Shown here one piece after another: positions 41,930-54,088 of a stretch of DNA of 64,000 nt (within the stretch, counting starts at the first letter, position 1; each line of letters begins with the position of its first letter). The DNA is from Lama glama. Taxonomy: Eukaryota. A program made the position numbers and the translations under genes. The notes under the pieces were generated by a model. It was not told where the DNA came from and searched no databases. It saw nothing but the letters and a program-made list of their open reading frames with translations. The stretch lies in NCBI GenBank assembly GCA_028534125.1, contig CM052816.1, positions 35,156,001-35,220,000 of the forward strand. The letters run 5' to 3'.

Positions 41930-42720
41930 GATATTTAAATTATCTTAATTTTTATCATTAAAAACTGATATAAAAAATCAAACACAAGAAATATATAGTT
42001 TAAGGCAAATATCCCTGCAATCACCACCCTGTTCGAGTCATAGAACTTTGCCAAATACTGCAGAAGGCTTCCAGATGACATGTCCCAATTACAAGTACCT
42101 GTATCCTTCCCTCCAACGTAACCACCATCATCCCCTCCAAAACAAATCACATACTTGCATTATTTTTAGTCTTATTTTTAGTTTTCAGTGTGCAACCCTA
42201 GACAATATAATTCTAGTCTTGAACATTATAAAAATTTATTTAATGTATTTCTAAGCATCTTTTAATCTATAAATTCCTTCTCCATCCTTACATTTTCCTT
42301 ACAATGTAGCTGTTCAAAAACTGAGCCATCTGACTCAGAGTTTTGAACAGCATGGATATGGAAGATTTCATACTCATGGGGCAGTCCAACACGTCCTCTG
42401 TCCTCTTTTCTGCAAAGCGGCAGCTGGGATCAGAGGCTAGGTCAGACTTAGATTCAATACGTTTAGGGGGATCATGGTGGCATATATCAGGAGACAACGT
42501 TGCGATGTTAGCTGTTACTGATGCTCAAGGTCTATATTCACTAATTCATGGGGTATTATAAAATGGTGATACTGCTCTAAATTCGATCATTTGTTTCCCG
42601 ATTATTAGCTGGAATATTTCTATCAAAAGATGCTTTCTCTCATCACTTATTTGGTTAATTGGTAATTATTTGATAACACAGTTCATACAGGAAAGGCAGG
42701 ATAAATGTTTGACTTTTATA
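41930..42720 (-). mobile_element. Old L1 (L1MC-like) 3' region
   Basis: ctgggatcagaggctaggtcagacttagattcaa..tcatacaggaaaggcaggataaatg resemble the antisense L1MC 3' UTR. Confidence 0.6.
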
Positions 42721-42849
42721 TGAATTTTTTTTAAATTTAGAGTCTTTGAAAGCATAATTATAAACAAATCAAGAAAAGTTTTAAATAGACTCATTACTGT
42801 AATAATAATAATGATGGTGGTGGTGAGGAAGAAAATAAAAATAATCAAA

Positions 42850-43000
42850 GCTAATACTATGTAACAAACTTTTTAAAAGAGCTTTACATATATTAATTCA
42901 TGTAATCCTCACAACTACTTTACCAGGTAGGTACTATTATTTTTCTCCTTTTTACAGATGAGGAAAATGAAACAGTAAATGACTGAAGCAAATAGAGGTA
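42850..43000 (-). mobile_element. MIR SINE
   Basis: taatcctcacaac..aggtaggtactattat..ttttacagatgaggaaaatga. Confidence 0.8.
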
Positions 43001-45039
43001 TGGTTAATACACTCAACAAACATTCAAACGCGGTCCAGCAATAGCATACAGATATTCTCAAGTTCACTGATATCCTTCTATGGACCCTTATGGGATAATC
43101 TTCATTTAGCACCATGATATTTAGCTATGTGACAAAGAGAAATGAGTCCATAAAAAACTTAGAAAGTGGATAAACAGGGCTGACTCTATACCAAACCTAG
43201 CTTAGTTATCTATAACTCTTTTAAATTCTCTTCCTTGGTCATCTTCAATTTCCCGTCTCTCTTTGGATAAGTTTTAATTCAAGTAGATGTTTTAAATTTC
43301 TTTCCTACCCCTAGCTTGTCCAAATTCCTAATATGAACTTTAATGTACCTAAGTTCTTTTTCTAACTTAAGAAAGTTCATATTTACTTTTCCACATAAAA
43401 TAAGTTATTCTATCTCAGGCTCCAGTTAAAACTTACATGATGGTATCTTAATGCATTGACATAAGCTAATAACTATATTATTATAAAGATAAATTATAAT
43501 CATTAGTTTGCAAAGTTAATGTGAGAAATTGTCTCTAAAAATTTTTCTTGAAGTAATATTTTCTAAATGTCTGCTGAGACAGAAAGTTCCAAAGCTATTA
43601 CAGATAGTAATAATCTCTGTATGAGAACAAGGTATTTTAACTGGGTCTTTACAATTTAATGTATATAGATATTTCACCTATCATTTACTCATGTTTACTT
43701 GTAAAATTATTCTTCAGAAGTCCATTTAGGTAAATTACAAAAATATCATAAAACTGAAAAAGATTTTAAAGAAAAACCAAGATACATAAATTAGATACTG
43801 GCTAGTACATTATACATGCTTCTCATTATTTTAAAGCTTTTACACAAGAGTGAACAAGTTAAAAGTATAGAAAAACTGTATCAGCCAATGCATGCTTAAC
43901 GAAGGAATTCAACCAGCAAACTACTCAAGCAAATGAGTATCTGTCTGGTAAAGAGATTTGAAAAATTAAGTTTAAAAGTAACTATTTTTAAAGATTCAAA
44001 TCTGCTAGAAATAACGTTGATTAAAGAGTTTATCCTCAAATTCCCGTAACTTTAACAAAAAGCAATGTTACTTAGATATTATAGGTGTATAAGATTAAGA
44101 AGAACTTGTTATTTTAAAATGCATGTTGAAGAGAGATTTAAAAAAAACAAAGCAAAATAGAAGTTACACAAACATAACACTAATTTGGCCAATACTAACC
44201 ACAATGCCTAAGAAAGTAAAAACAATGCTTTCCTAAGGAGTTTTGCTTTTACATAAATACATAAACTAGAAGAGAAAAAAATGTACAAGTACGTAGACTA
44301 AATCTCATGTGGTTAGTCTGCATGAGAACTATTACAATTTCATACTCCTGTCTTCAAAAGGCCTATAGCAGTTCATTAAAAATCATCTGATAGATTAATA
44401 CAAGAATGTAATTTCACTGAAACACAACATGTAGTTCTCTTAATAGGACATGTGATGCAGATTTAAATGAGAAATCCGTGTGGGATGGCTATTTGTGATT
44501 ACCTAACTGGACTATTAATTCAAGTATAATTATTATATTTACCAAATAATTAATAATAAATTTTCACTTGAGACTTAATATTTTCACTTTCTTCATACTA
44601 AGGCTGAACTAAGTGTACAAATGGAGAATGTGAATCTTCTCAAATATAGATAATTAAATATGAGTCATCAAAATAAGCAAAGGATATTCTACTAGATAAT
44701 TACCTCAAACATAGAGAAAATATTTAAAATACTTTTGGACATTGCATTATGAAGTTGATATAACATTCTGTGAAAATTTACAAATTATTACTAGCATGCC
44801 TACAAAAGTATTTTTCAAATGCAATTCTCAATTATATAATTTCCTAAATATTTGTTACCATTTCTTGATTCATGACAAAAGTTTACTTCGGCATGTAATA
44901 TTAAAAATAACCTTAAAATAATCTAAAACTTTATTTAAAACATGCATTTTTGAGAAAATGTATTACCTAAAAAGTTCTCCTTAATGTTTTTGCTATAAAA
45001 GCAATAAAAAGATAAAAACAACAAATTACCAGCATATTA

Positions 45040-45386
45040 CATTGGCTGGCACATATTTTCTGTAAAGCGTAGGACAGGAAATATTTTCGGTTCCTGGGCC
45101 ATGTGGTGTCTGTCACCACTACTCAACCAGGTCGATGTATGCAGCGCTGTAGTAGGAAAGCAGCTCCAGTCAATATATCACAAATAAGCAAGGCTGTGTT
45201 CCAATAAAACTTTATTTATAGATACTGAACTCTGGTTTCATATAAACTTTATATGGCACAAAGTATTATCTTTCTTCTGATTTTTTTTAATCATTTAAAG
45301 ATATAAAAGCAAATCTTAGCTTTTGGCCACCCAACAATAGACAGCAGGCCAGATTTGGCACAAAGGGCCATAATTTTTTACCCCTA
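45040..45386 (+). mobile_element. MER58-like hAT-Charlie DNA transposon (MITE)
   Basis: ttttctgtaaag..aaatatttt..gggccat..ctactcaac..ggctgtgttccaataaaactttattta..ggccagatttggc..cccct. Confidence 0.8.
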
Positions 45387-45429
45387 TTACATCACTTAAA
45401 GTACAGAAACTATACAACAGAGGCTATCT

Positions 45430-45680
45430 AAGCAGTTGTAAAGAGAACCGATTCTGCAGTCAGACTGATGGGTTCAAATCCTGGATCTCCTACTTCCAAT
45501 CCATATGACTGTAGACAAGTTGCACAAGACTCTGTACATCAATTTCAGTAATAATAGTACTGCCTATCAGAAATAATAATAGTTTTGCCTAATAGGGCTG
45601 CTGTAAGGATTAAATGTGGCATGGAAAGGACTAAGCAAAGCTCCCAGTATCCAGTAACTAGTTAATCTTCTATAAATATG
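45430..45680 (+). mobile_element. MIR SINE
   Basis: gcagtcagactgatgggttcaaatcctgg..agggctgctgtaaggattaaatg. Confidence 0.75.
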
Positions 45681-45715
45681 TTGCCAATACTATAATCAAA
45701 ACACAGGAAAAGACG

Positions 45716-46900
45716 CAAGCAATAGAAATAAAAGCAAAAATAAACAAATGGGACCTGATTAGCTTACAAGCTTTTGCACAGCAAAGGAAACCATAAGCAA
45801 AACAAAAAGACAACCTACAGAATGGAGGAAAATATTTGCAAAAGATGAGACTGACAAGGGCTTAATTTCCAGGATGTATAAACAGTTCATACAACTTAAT
45901 AACAGAGAAACAAACAACCCAATCCAAAAATGGGCAGAAGATCTAAATAAGCAATTCTCCAATGAAGACATACAAATGGCCAACAGGCACATGAAAAGAT
46001 GCTCAGTATCGCTAATTATCAGAAAACTGCAAATCAAAACTACAATGAGGTTATCACCTCACACCAGTTAGAATGGCCATTATTCAAAAGTCCACGAACA
46101 ATAAATGCTAGAGAGGCTGTGGAGAAAAGGGAACCCTCCTACACTGCTCGTGGGAATGTAGTTTTGCGCAGCCATGATGGAAAACAGTATGGAGATTCAT
46201 TAAAAGACTAAAAATAGACTTACCATATGATCCAGCAACCCCACTCCTGGGCATATATCCAGAGGGAACCCTAATTTTAAAAATATATGCACCCCAATGT
46301 CCATAGCAGCACTATTTACAATAGCCAAGACATGGAAACAACTTCACTGTCCATCAACAGTTGACTGCATACAGAAGTTGCAGTATATTTATACAACGAA
46401 ATACTACTCAGCCATAAAAAAGAATAAAATAATGCCATTTGCAGCAACATGGATGGACCTGGAGAATGTCATTCTAAGCGAAGTAAGCCAGAAAGAGAAA
46501 GAAAAATACCATATGGTATCACTTACACGTGGAATCTTTAAAAAAAAAAAAAGACAAACTTATTTACAAAACAGAAACAGACTCACAGACAGAAAACAAA
46601 CATGGTTACCAGGAGGGGAAGGAGGTGGGAAGGGATAAAGTGGGAGTTCGAGATTTGCAGATACTAACTACTATATATAAAACAGATAAACAACAAGTTT
46701 ATCTTGCATACCTGTGTATAGCACAGGGAACTATATTCAATATCTTGTAGTAACTTATGATCTAAAATGAATATGGAAACGAATATATGTATGTTCCTAT
46801 ATGACTGAAGTATTGTGCTGTACACCAGAAATTGACACAACACTGTAAACTGACTATATTTCAATAAAAATATATTTAAATAAATAAATACATACATACA
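45716..46900 (+). mobile_element. Young 5'-truncated L1 closely related to 9144-10934, frameshifted
   Basis: ORF2 peptides [72 protein letters not shown] at 46863-46868 and (TAAA)/(TACA) tail. Confidence 0.93.
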
Positions 46901-47629
46901 TTTTAGATTCATTTCTGAAAGTTTATAGGTTTCCATATGGAAGCACTGGCTTTTTTGTGTTTCATTAAAAATCTGTTATAAATTAAACAAAAAAACCACA
47001 GGAAAAGTTCTATCTCATAAAAGTATATATTGTAATATGCAAAGACATTCTATTTGCAAAATGCCTCCAGACAAAATTTGGGGAAAAAGTCCTTTAAAAA
47101 ACAGTCACAGTATTTCAGAACTGAGAGGTATCATAAAAATAATCTTGTTTTACCAGAAGTTTGGAGATGTTTCTGGTTCAAGTCTGAGTTAAAGTCAAAA
47201 CCAGGACTAGAATCAAGTGTCATCATCTGAATTAAGCGATCAGAAAGTCCTATGTTTCTTGTACCTATATAGCAATTTAGTGGACATTTATTGACCAAAA
47301 TTTAAACAACATTCCTTTCTGAGAGGTTTGGAAAGGACTATTTGGAAAATATGAGGTCAGGGGCTGGCAAAATCTACTCCAGGCAGGCAAAACAGCGTGA
47401 TGATTAAGAGCAAGAATTTGATATCAAAGCTGAATTTAAATTGTAGCAGTTTGACCACATGACCTTGGGCTAATTTAATATTTCTGAGGTTCATAGAATA
47501 GATACTTAAAAAATATTTGAATGAAAGGCCAAAAGAAGCAGCTTCTCTCAAAGTTGAGGGTCTTACCCACAATCAAAGCTTCAACTTTTGAAAACTTCCT
47601 TGATAATAAAAGAGAATAAACACACAAGC

Positions 47630-47905
47630 TCTAATGGGTTGGACGTGACTCCCCCTGTAAAAGGAGAACCTGCAAAGGAGTTTTTGCAGATATAATTAAA
47701 TTAAGGATCTCAAAATGAGGTGATCCTGGATTTTCCAGGTGGGTCCTAAATCCAGTGAGAAGCTTCCTTAAAATCAGAGTCTCCAGAAGGAACCAAGTCT
47801 GTAGACACTTTTGAGTTCTAACCAACTGTGAGAGAATAAATTTATGTTGTTTTAATCCATCAAGTTTGTGGTAATTTGTTATAGCAGTCTGAGGAAACTA
47901 ATACA
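47630..47905 (+). mobile_element. MaLR LTR (MLT1C/D-like), internally deleted
   Basis: tttgcagatataattaa..ggtgggtcctaaatcc..aactgtgagagaataaattt..ttgttatagcag..ggaaactaataca. Confidence 0.85.
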
Positions 47906-49096
47906 CATCTGACAAAGAATCACTAAATACTTACCTTGTAAAGTGATCATCAGCTATCCTAAACATCAAAAAACAAACAAAAAACCCTTATATGAATTCT
48001 ATTATTTAGGAAAACTGGTCAAAAATTGCATTATTTCCATAAATTCTATACAGTGAGATTAAAATGTGTATATGTGCATTTTTATTGTTCATTTCTCACT
48101 CCAGGTTTTAGAACCTTCTCTCTCAATAAAACAACACTTTGCTCCAAAATTCACAGTCAGAAATATAGCTGCAGTTTCAAAGACAGTTTTTCTCAACAGG
48201 AACCCTGATAACTCCAGAAACTATGCAGCAATATTCACAGCTCAGCAGTAGCAAGGTCACAGGAACGTCTCCCTTGGGCTTTGCATTCATTTACAGTGCA
48301 GGAGCTGGAACACTGGCTAACTTTTTTATTTGCTTTGCTAGCATCTATTTTCACACTAATTAGCACATGTGGCTTGAAGTTTCTTTTCATATTTTGGGGG
48401 TCCAACATTGTTTCCGATAATAAGGTGGGAGCAAAGAAAGAAGGAATTTCAAAGGTAACCAACTACTAAGAAAAAATAAGTTGATCAATATAAGCTTATA
48501 TAGATAGGGCATGTAATAAAAAGATTAACATTGAAAATAAGTATAAAAATTACTAGGTCAGTCTTTATTCCATTATACTTTTTTTTCCACAGAGCAGTCA
48601 TGTAACAAAACTGTTTGATACGGAGTCAGTCATAGAAGAAATTTTCCAAGTTAGAGAGAGATTTATCTACTTCAGTCTTTTCACTTTATAATAGATGAGA
48701 AAATGAAGATCAGAGGAGGTAAAATAATCTTACTCGTGACACACATATGATGACAAAGCTAACTCCATCCTTTCTCCCTTTTCCCCTATAACACATTGCC
48801 TAGATTACATCCCCAAAGTCAACCAAATGCTGGGCACTGGTCATTCATTCAAAAATTTATGACGGGGGGAGGGGGGGAGGAAAGGCTCTGATTACTAAAG
48901 TTAAATTGTTACACTAAAACAAGATTCAAAATTCATAACATTTAATACAAAACATGTTCATTTATACCCCCAAAATGATACACTATTTTGCATATCACAC
49001 CAAGATTGTGATTAAAAAAAAAAGAAAAATACCAGTAAAACTTAATTTAAAATAATTATAGGACCTGGAATGCTGCTAATATGAAGATACACTCTC

Positions 49097-49141
49097 ACAC
49101 ACACACACACACACACACATACACACACACACACACACACA
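49097..49141. repeat. (CA)n microsatellite, about 22 units with one interruption
   Basis: cacacacacacacacacacacacatacacacacacacacacacaca. Confidence 0.95.
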
Positions 49142-52100
49142 AGCATTTTAGGCCTGGAATGGTGAAAGGTTAGATATGACTGAAAATTACAAAACATTCA
49201 TGACAAATAAAATTATCTTTTTTTGGCCATTAAAGATAAAACACCAGGATAGGGGAAAGGCCTTTGAATACAGACACCGGAAAGTTCGGATCCACATTTC
49301 AGACATGCTCCATTCAGTGCCTATAAATTCATTAAATCTCAAAATAGTTCAGTGAGAAGTCAAATGATTTTTTTAGATATTATTAAATACTCAAATAGGT
49401 GAATAAAACTGAGAGTATCATTGTTATTAGCAATTGCTTCTCTCACTCCCTACCTCTGCTAAAGGTTTACGGGCTATGTCAAAGAGGATAGCCATAATAT
49501 ACACTTGAAATCTCTGTTGAAAAAATACTGACACACTTAGAAAATGGCTCTAATGCGGAAGGTAGCTAATATTTACTGAGCACTAACTATGTGCCAAGAG
49601 CCCTGTACCCTGTCCATGCATTCCTCTGTACATTTAACCATCTAGAACCCTATATTGCAGGTCCTGTTACCTCATTTTATAAAGCCAAAGATTGGAGTGG
49701 TTAAATAACTTTTGCAAGAACAATAATAAGTTCTTACTCAGAATACTAATTCTTACATTCAAATCTATGATATAATCTCAGTCATACCATTTGTTCTCTT
49801 CCCTACACTGATTGTGCAGCAACAAGATAATTTATGGAACCGAAGGACTAATATCTAGAATTTTTTAAAAGCAGCTTCAGTGCTCTAAGAATTATACTTA
49901 AATTCAAAAAATTACCCACAAGTAGCCTTAAGGCTTTAAAGGTCAAAATAAAATCAATCAAGTAGCTAATTATATCTTTAAACTTAAGTAGAATGGAGAA
50001 TTTTTGGAAGAATAACTTACTTCTGAACTAAATGGCACTAATGAGATGTCTCACTTGGCCATATCTTTATAAAGGGTTATCCTTACAAAACAAATTTCTG
50101 TTTCTGTCTTCTTACATAGATCACAATGAACATAATCTGGCCTTATCTTGCTAAATCAATAAGGTTGATTAACTGTTTTGGTTTCCTCCATCTGTATTTT
50201 GTACCTTTTTCTATCCCAGATTCCTCCCTTGGTTTTAAAATACGGGTTATCACTTATTGTTACTGACAATGCCTGAGTCTGCTCCACCCCCTCTCCTCTG
50301 CCACCCCACGCCTACACTCACTATTTACCATTTGCTCTTTCTAATCTACAGCACTCTGAGAAATCACGATGATAAGTTCATTAAACTGCTTTTAAATAAG
50401 AGTAAAAAGATCTAAGATTCTTTCTGAGTAAGGCGTATGATCTGTATTGTGTGAACTTAGTGACATTTATCTGTGAAATCCAAATAGGTAATTTTTTTCT
50501 CCTAACTTCAGTTTCAGAGTAGAGGTCACAGAGAGAATGACCTGTGGAGAAATCGGGTGTTTTTCTACTTGTTCTTATATGTAAAACTATACTTGGATGC
50601 CTTAAATTCGGGTAGCATTTTCCAGGTTTTCACTCCCATCCTGGAAAGAGGTCCTGCCAAATCTGTTGCAGCCTATTCAGTGTTCATTTTATCTGAGCTC
50701 TGTGGAAAGCAGATTTCTCTGGTGGTCTCTACAATTCCCAGCCCTTGGTATGCACGTCCTGCATGATCACTAGCACAGTGATCAGGCTATGGGTTATGTT
50801 ATAACTGCCTCCTAATCATCTCTACAAGAAAGTTTAGGACACCCCAAACTTCAAATATCTGAAATCAAGAGCCCCTCATCTGCTTGCTCCTCCTGCTCTG
50901 GTGACCTCGTGAGCACCTTCTAAAACATACCAACAAATAAATAATAACAATGAAAATAGCAGAACTATGCTGAGTCACATTTTTCTATTTTTACTAAAAT
51001 TTTACTTTTTCAGTCAGAATTGCACTCAGAGACATGTGGCAAAACTGTGCCTAAAATTAAACTAACTTAAAAAGATTCTATGTTTCTTAAAAAACAAGAA
51101 GTTTGTAAAGGAAGTATTCCAGAGCTGGTGCCAGAAACTCAAGAGGGACGAGGGCCAAAGAGTTCTCTTCCTCCTTTAAGAGGAAGCCTCTTGGTCTAAA
51201 CTTGCTTACCAGCCACTGTCCCGTGGTCAACATTATTTTTAGACTGATGGACACAGAAACTAAGGTTTTGGATGGGTCTTCCACATGATCGCTAAAGTAA
51301 TCCCAAATAGCTAAGGGTAGAAAAAGAGACAATGAACCAGAGAACACAATCTTTGATAAATGAAGAGGAATGAACAGAAATATGAAAGAGCTGTCGTCAA
51401 TGAGAAGGAGTAAATGTAGTACAACCGAACCCCACAAGCCTCAAAAACACAGAGGCTTTCACATAAAGTGAATGAATTAAAAAGGCAGTATTAAGGAACA
51501 CTTCCCAACGCTGAGTCATATGGGATGTGAGAGGGTGAATGACCTTCTCTTGAAAAGTTTGCTTACCAGAATAAGATGCCAGTGCTCACAGTAAAAAATT
51601 CTGACAAGATGAAGAGCTGTACAAGGATGCTTCAGAGAAGTGAAAATACAGTAAAGAATGGGTCTGCCATATACAAAGCAGAATTAACATGACATACTAC
51701 GTGACGTGACGGAGGCAGCAGATGGCTAGTGACAGCAAGATGGTGGGGGCAGGGGGCGTTACCAGAAGAAGACAAACTAGGCCTGGACCCTTTATCAGAA
51801 TCTACATTTCTGGTAAAAGGGAATAGCTCCTGCCTAAAATTAGCCCTCAAGAGTCAGTATGTATCTTAACGGTGATAAGAATTTACTAGAAACATCATCA
51901 AATAGTATCAGAGAATAAAAGCCAAATTAGTCAGAACACCCCTATGAAAAGAGGACAAATAGTGACCCCACAACGATACAGAAGCCTTCTCCTTTGATCA
52001 GCTGAAGTATGAACTCATCACATAAGCTAGTACATGTGAATCTGAACATGTGTGTGTCTGAGTGGGTGTAGTCACATCTGCCTAAGCAGACTGATGATAA

Positions 52101-53812
52101 ATGTTTAAATATTTAAAAGTATATTTATAGATTTATCATAAACTTCTTATATTTAGGCCAGCATTAGCTAATAACCAAAGATAAGCTATCATGGTTATGG
52201 GTAGAAGTTCACAGGTATGGGAGTTCAATAAGTATTTACTTGGTGGATTGTCTGAAAATTTAATGATAGTGTGCATACCTGTATTAAATGTCTTCCTCAG
52301 GATGGTGCCTGTTAGCCACCAACACAGAAACTCTTATCCTATTTACTTAAGATAGTGTAGTAATAATGCAGGATGATGTAGAAATTTATACAATAAATAA
52401 TAAAATTCTAATCTTTTCTACTTTATTTTGAAAACATGCAACAGAGCTGACACAAAATAAAAGTAAAAGTTAAGAGGACTAAAAATAATTTCAAAAATGA
52501 GAAATAAAGAACATAAAGTTGTCTGAAAAAACAATGATGAGATATATTAAAAATACATACAAATACAGAAAAATATCAAATAAGGATCGTAAAATATATC
52601 AGGAAATAAAGAATGAAAAGGAAGCAAGACTTTATTTTAAAGCTACAGAAAATTAGAGTTGTGTATGTCACTAGCCAACTACGTGAGTCACTAATTATCT
52701 CAGGCTTCAGGGGCACTGTTATATAAAAATGATAAACTGGACAAGATGACACCAACAGATTCTATATCCTCTAACATTTTTATGACTCTCTAAATCAAGA
52801 TGACACAAAACTTACAAATATAAGGAATGATTCTTATACTTATGAAAAATACTTACCCAGTGACTATAAGACAGTAATATTTAGAACACCATAACTTACC
52901 AAATTTAGTAACATTAAAACAGGAATTATATGTTGATTAAACGCTCTTCAAATAGAAGAAAAAAATACTGACACTATATAACCACTGAATATTCTTTTTG
53001 ACATTTACCATTCTTATCTGAAGGCCAGAATTTATTTCTCCCAATATAGTGAATCTAAAAGAATGACAGCCTAAAATATAGGGTCATTAATTAAGGGACT
53101 TGCAGGATGCAGGCAATTAAGTTTAAACTGCAAAATAACATATAAGCATAATCCTTATCTAAGGTAGGACTCCATTCCTATTACTCATAGAAATGATATG
53201 TTATGCATTAAAATATTAAGAAGTTAGTGTGTTCCAGGTTACTAAATTAAACCACAAGAACTGATTATAAAATTAGTACTGAACTATACATCATAGTGAA
53301 AAATTTTATTAGGTATTATCACCGATTTAATACCTATCAAGAAAAATGTTATTTTCCTTTGCTCACAGAAATTGAAAATAAGAAGGTAACATTAGGTTCA
53401 CGAGCCAGTAAGAAAACTGAAATCTGGAGAAAAGAAATCTTAATACCACCACAGATTTTAAAATAAGCAATGATTCTCCTCAGATATCCAACAAAACTGC
53501 ACTCGTTTCCCTTCTCATGTTTCGGAATATTAGAAAGCACGTATTTTTCTCACAGCCGAGAGGGGAACAAAGGGAACAAATAAGATAAAAGTGGAAGACA
53601 AGCCATTCTCACTTTTTAATGGGCTTGGATTGGCTGCTGTTAGAATAGAAGTGATAGAATTCCTTCAAAAGAATTATCTACTCTCACATCCAGCAGCCAA
53701 AGAGAAGTATTCTTCCCGGTTATGAAGAAAAGCCATAAAGCAGAGGCTCTGCTGGGCTCTCAGACGACCTCTGGGCCCAGAGCAGAGCAGGCCTGAGAGG
53801 CCTCCCCCTTAC

Positions 53813-53950
53813 CTGGTCTCTTTTCACTTCTGATGTGGAAGGAAAGGCGGCCTCCTTGCTGTACCTGACAGCACATGTTTGACAGGACTGGGAGTCAGAA
53901 CTGGGCTGCAGCTTACCCTCACAACAGAAACATTTATTTTTCCTCAACAT
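53813..53950 (-). CDS. FER: Alternative first coding exon of testis-specific FerT isoform (unique 46-aa N-terminus)
   Basis: gagATG at 53950, 46 open codons MLRKNKCFCCEGKLQPSSDSQSCQTCAVRYSKEAAFPSTSEVKRDQ, ending at strong donor CAG|gtaagg in phase 0, so it joins exon 28593 in frame. Resembles the human FerT N-terminus as I recall it (..KCPHC..SQSCKTCA..PSTSEVHRDQ). Lies in the intron upstream of the ERKERL exon, where the FerT exon is known to be. Confidence 0.9.
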
Positions 53951-54049
53951 CTCAGACCTTAGCCAAAAGCTGGTGATAGTGGGCCCGCAGAAGCCAATCT
54001 GTCCACAGACCTTCCTGTCTGAGCCAAAAGCAAGATAGAGAAGACAGAT

Positions 54050-54088
54050 CTGCACCTCCTGTTTGACTCTATCTCCCCCTGTTGGCAG
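54050..54088 (-). promoter_or_regulatory. Pair of CTCF/BORIS-like motifs just upstream of the FerT ATG (putative intronic FerT promoter)
   Basis: Minus strand CTGCCAACAGGGGGAGATAG (54088-54069), followed by weaker TCAAACAGGAGGTGCAG (54066-54050), compared by eye with core CCASYAGRKGGCRS. The FerT intronic promoter is reported to be BORIS-regulated. Confidence 0.45.

Noticed and set aside
50764..50784. 8-bp inverted repeat TGATCACT-N5-AGTGATCA
   Set aside because: Too short to exceed chance, and there is no miRNA- or snoRNA-like context.
53951..54055. 35-aa N-terminal extension of the FerT peptide shown in the ORF track
   Set aside because: It starts at GTG, overlaps a polypyrimidine tract, and shows no similarity I recognise. 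The first in-frame ATG is at 53950.
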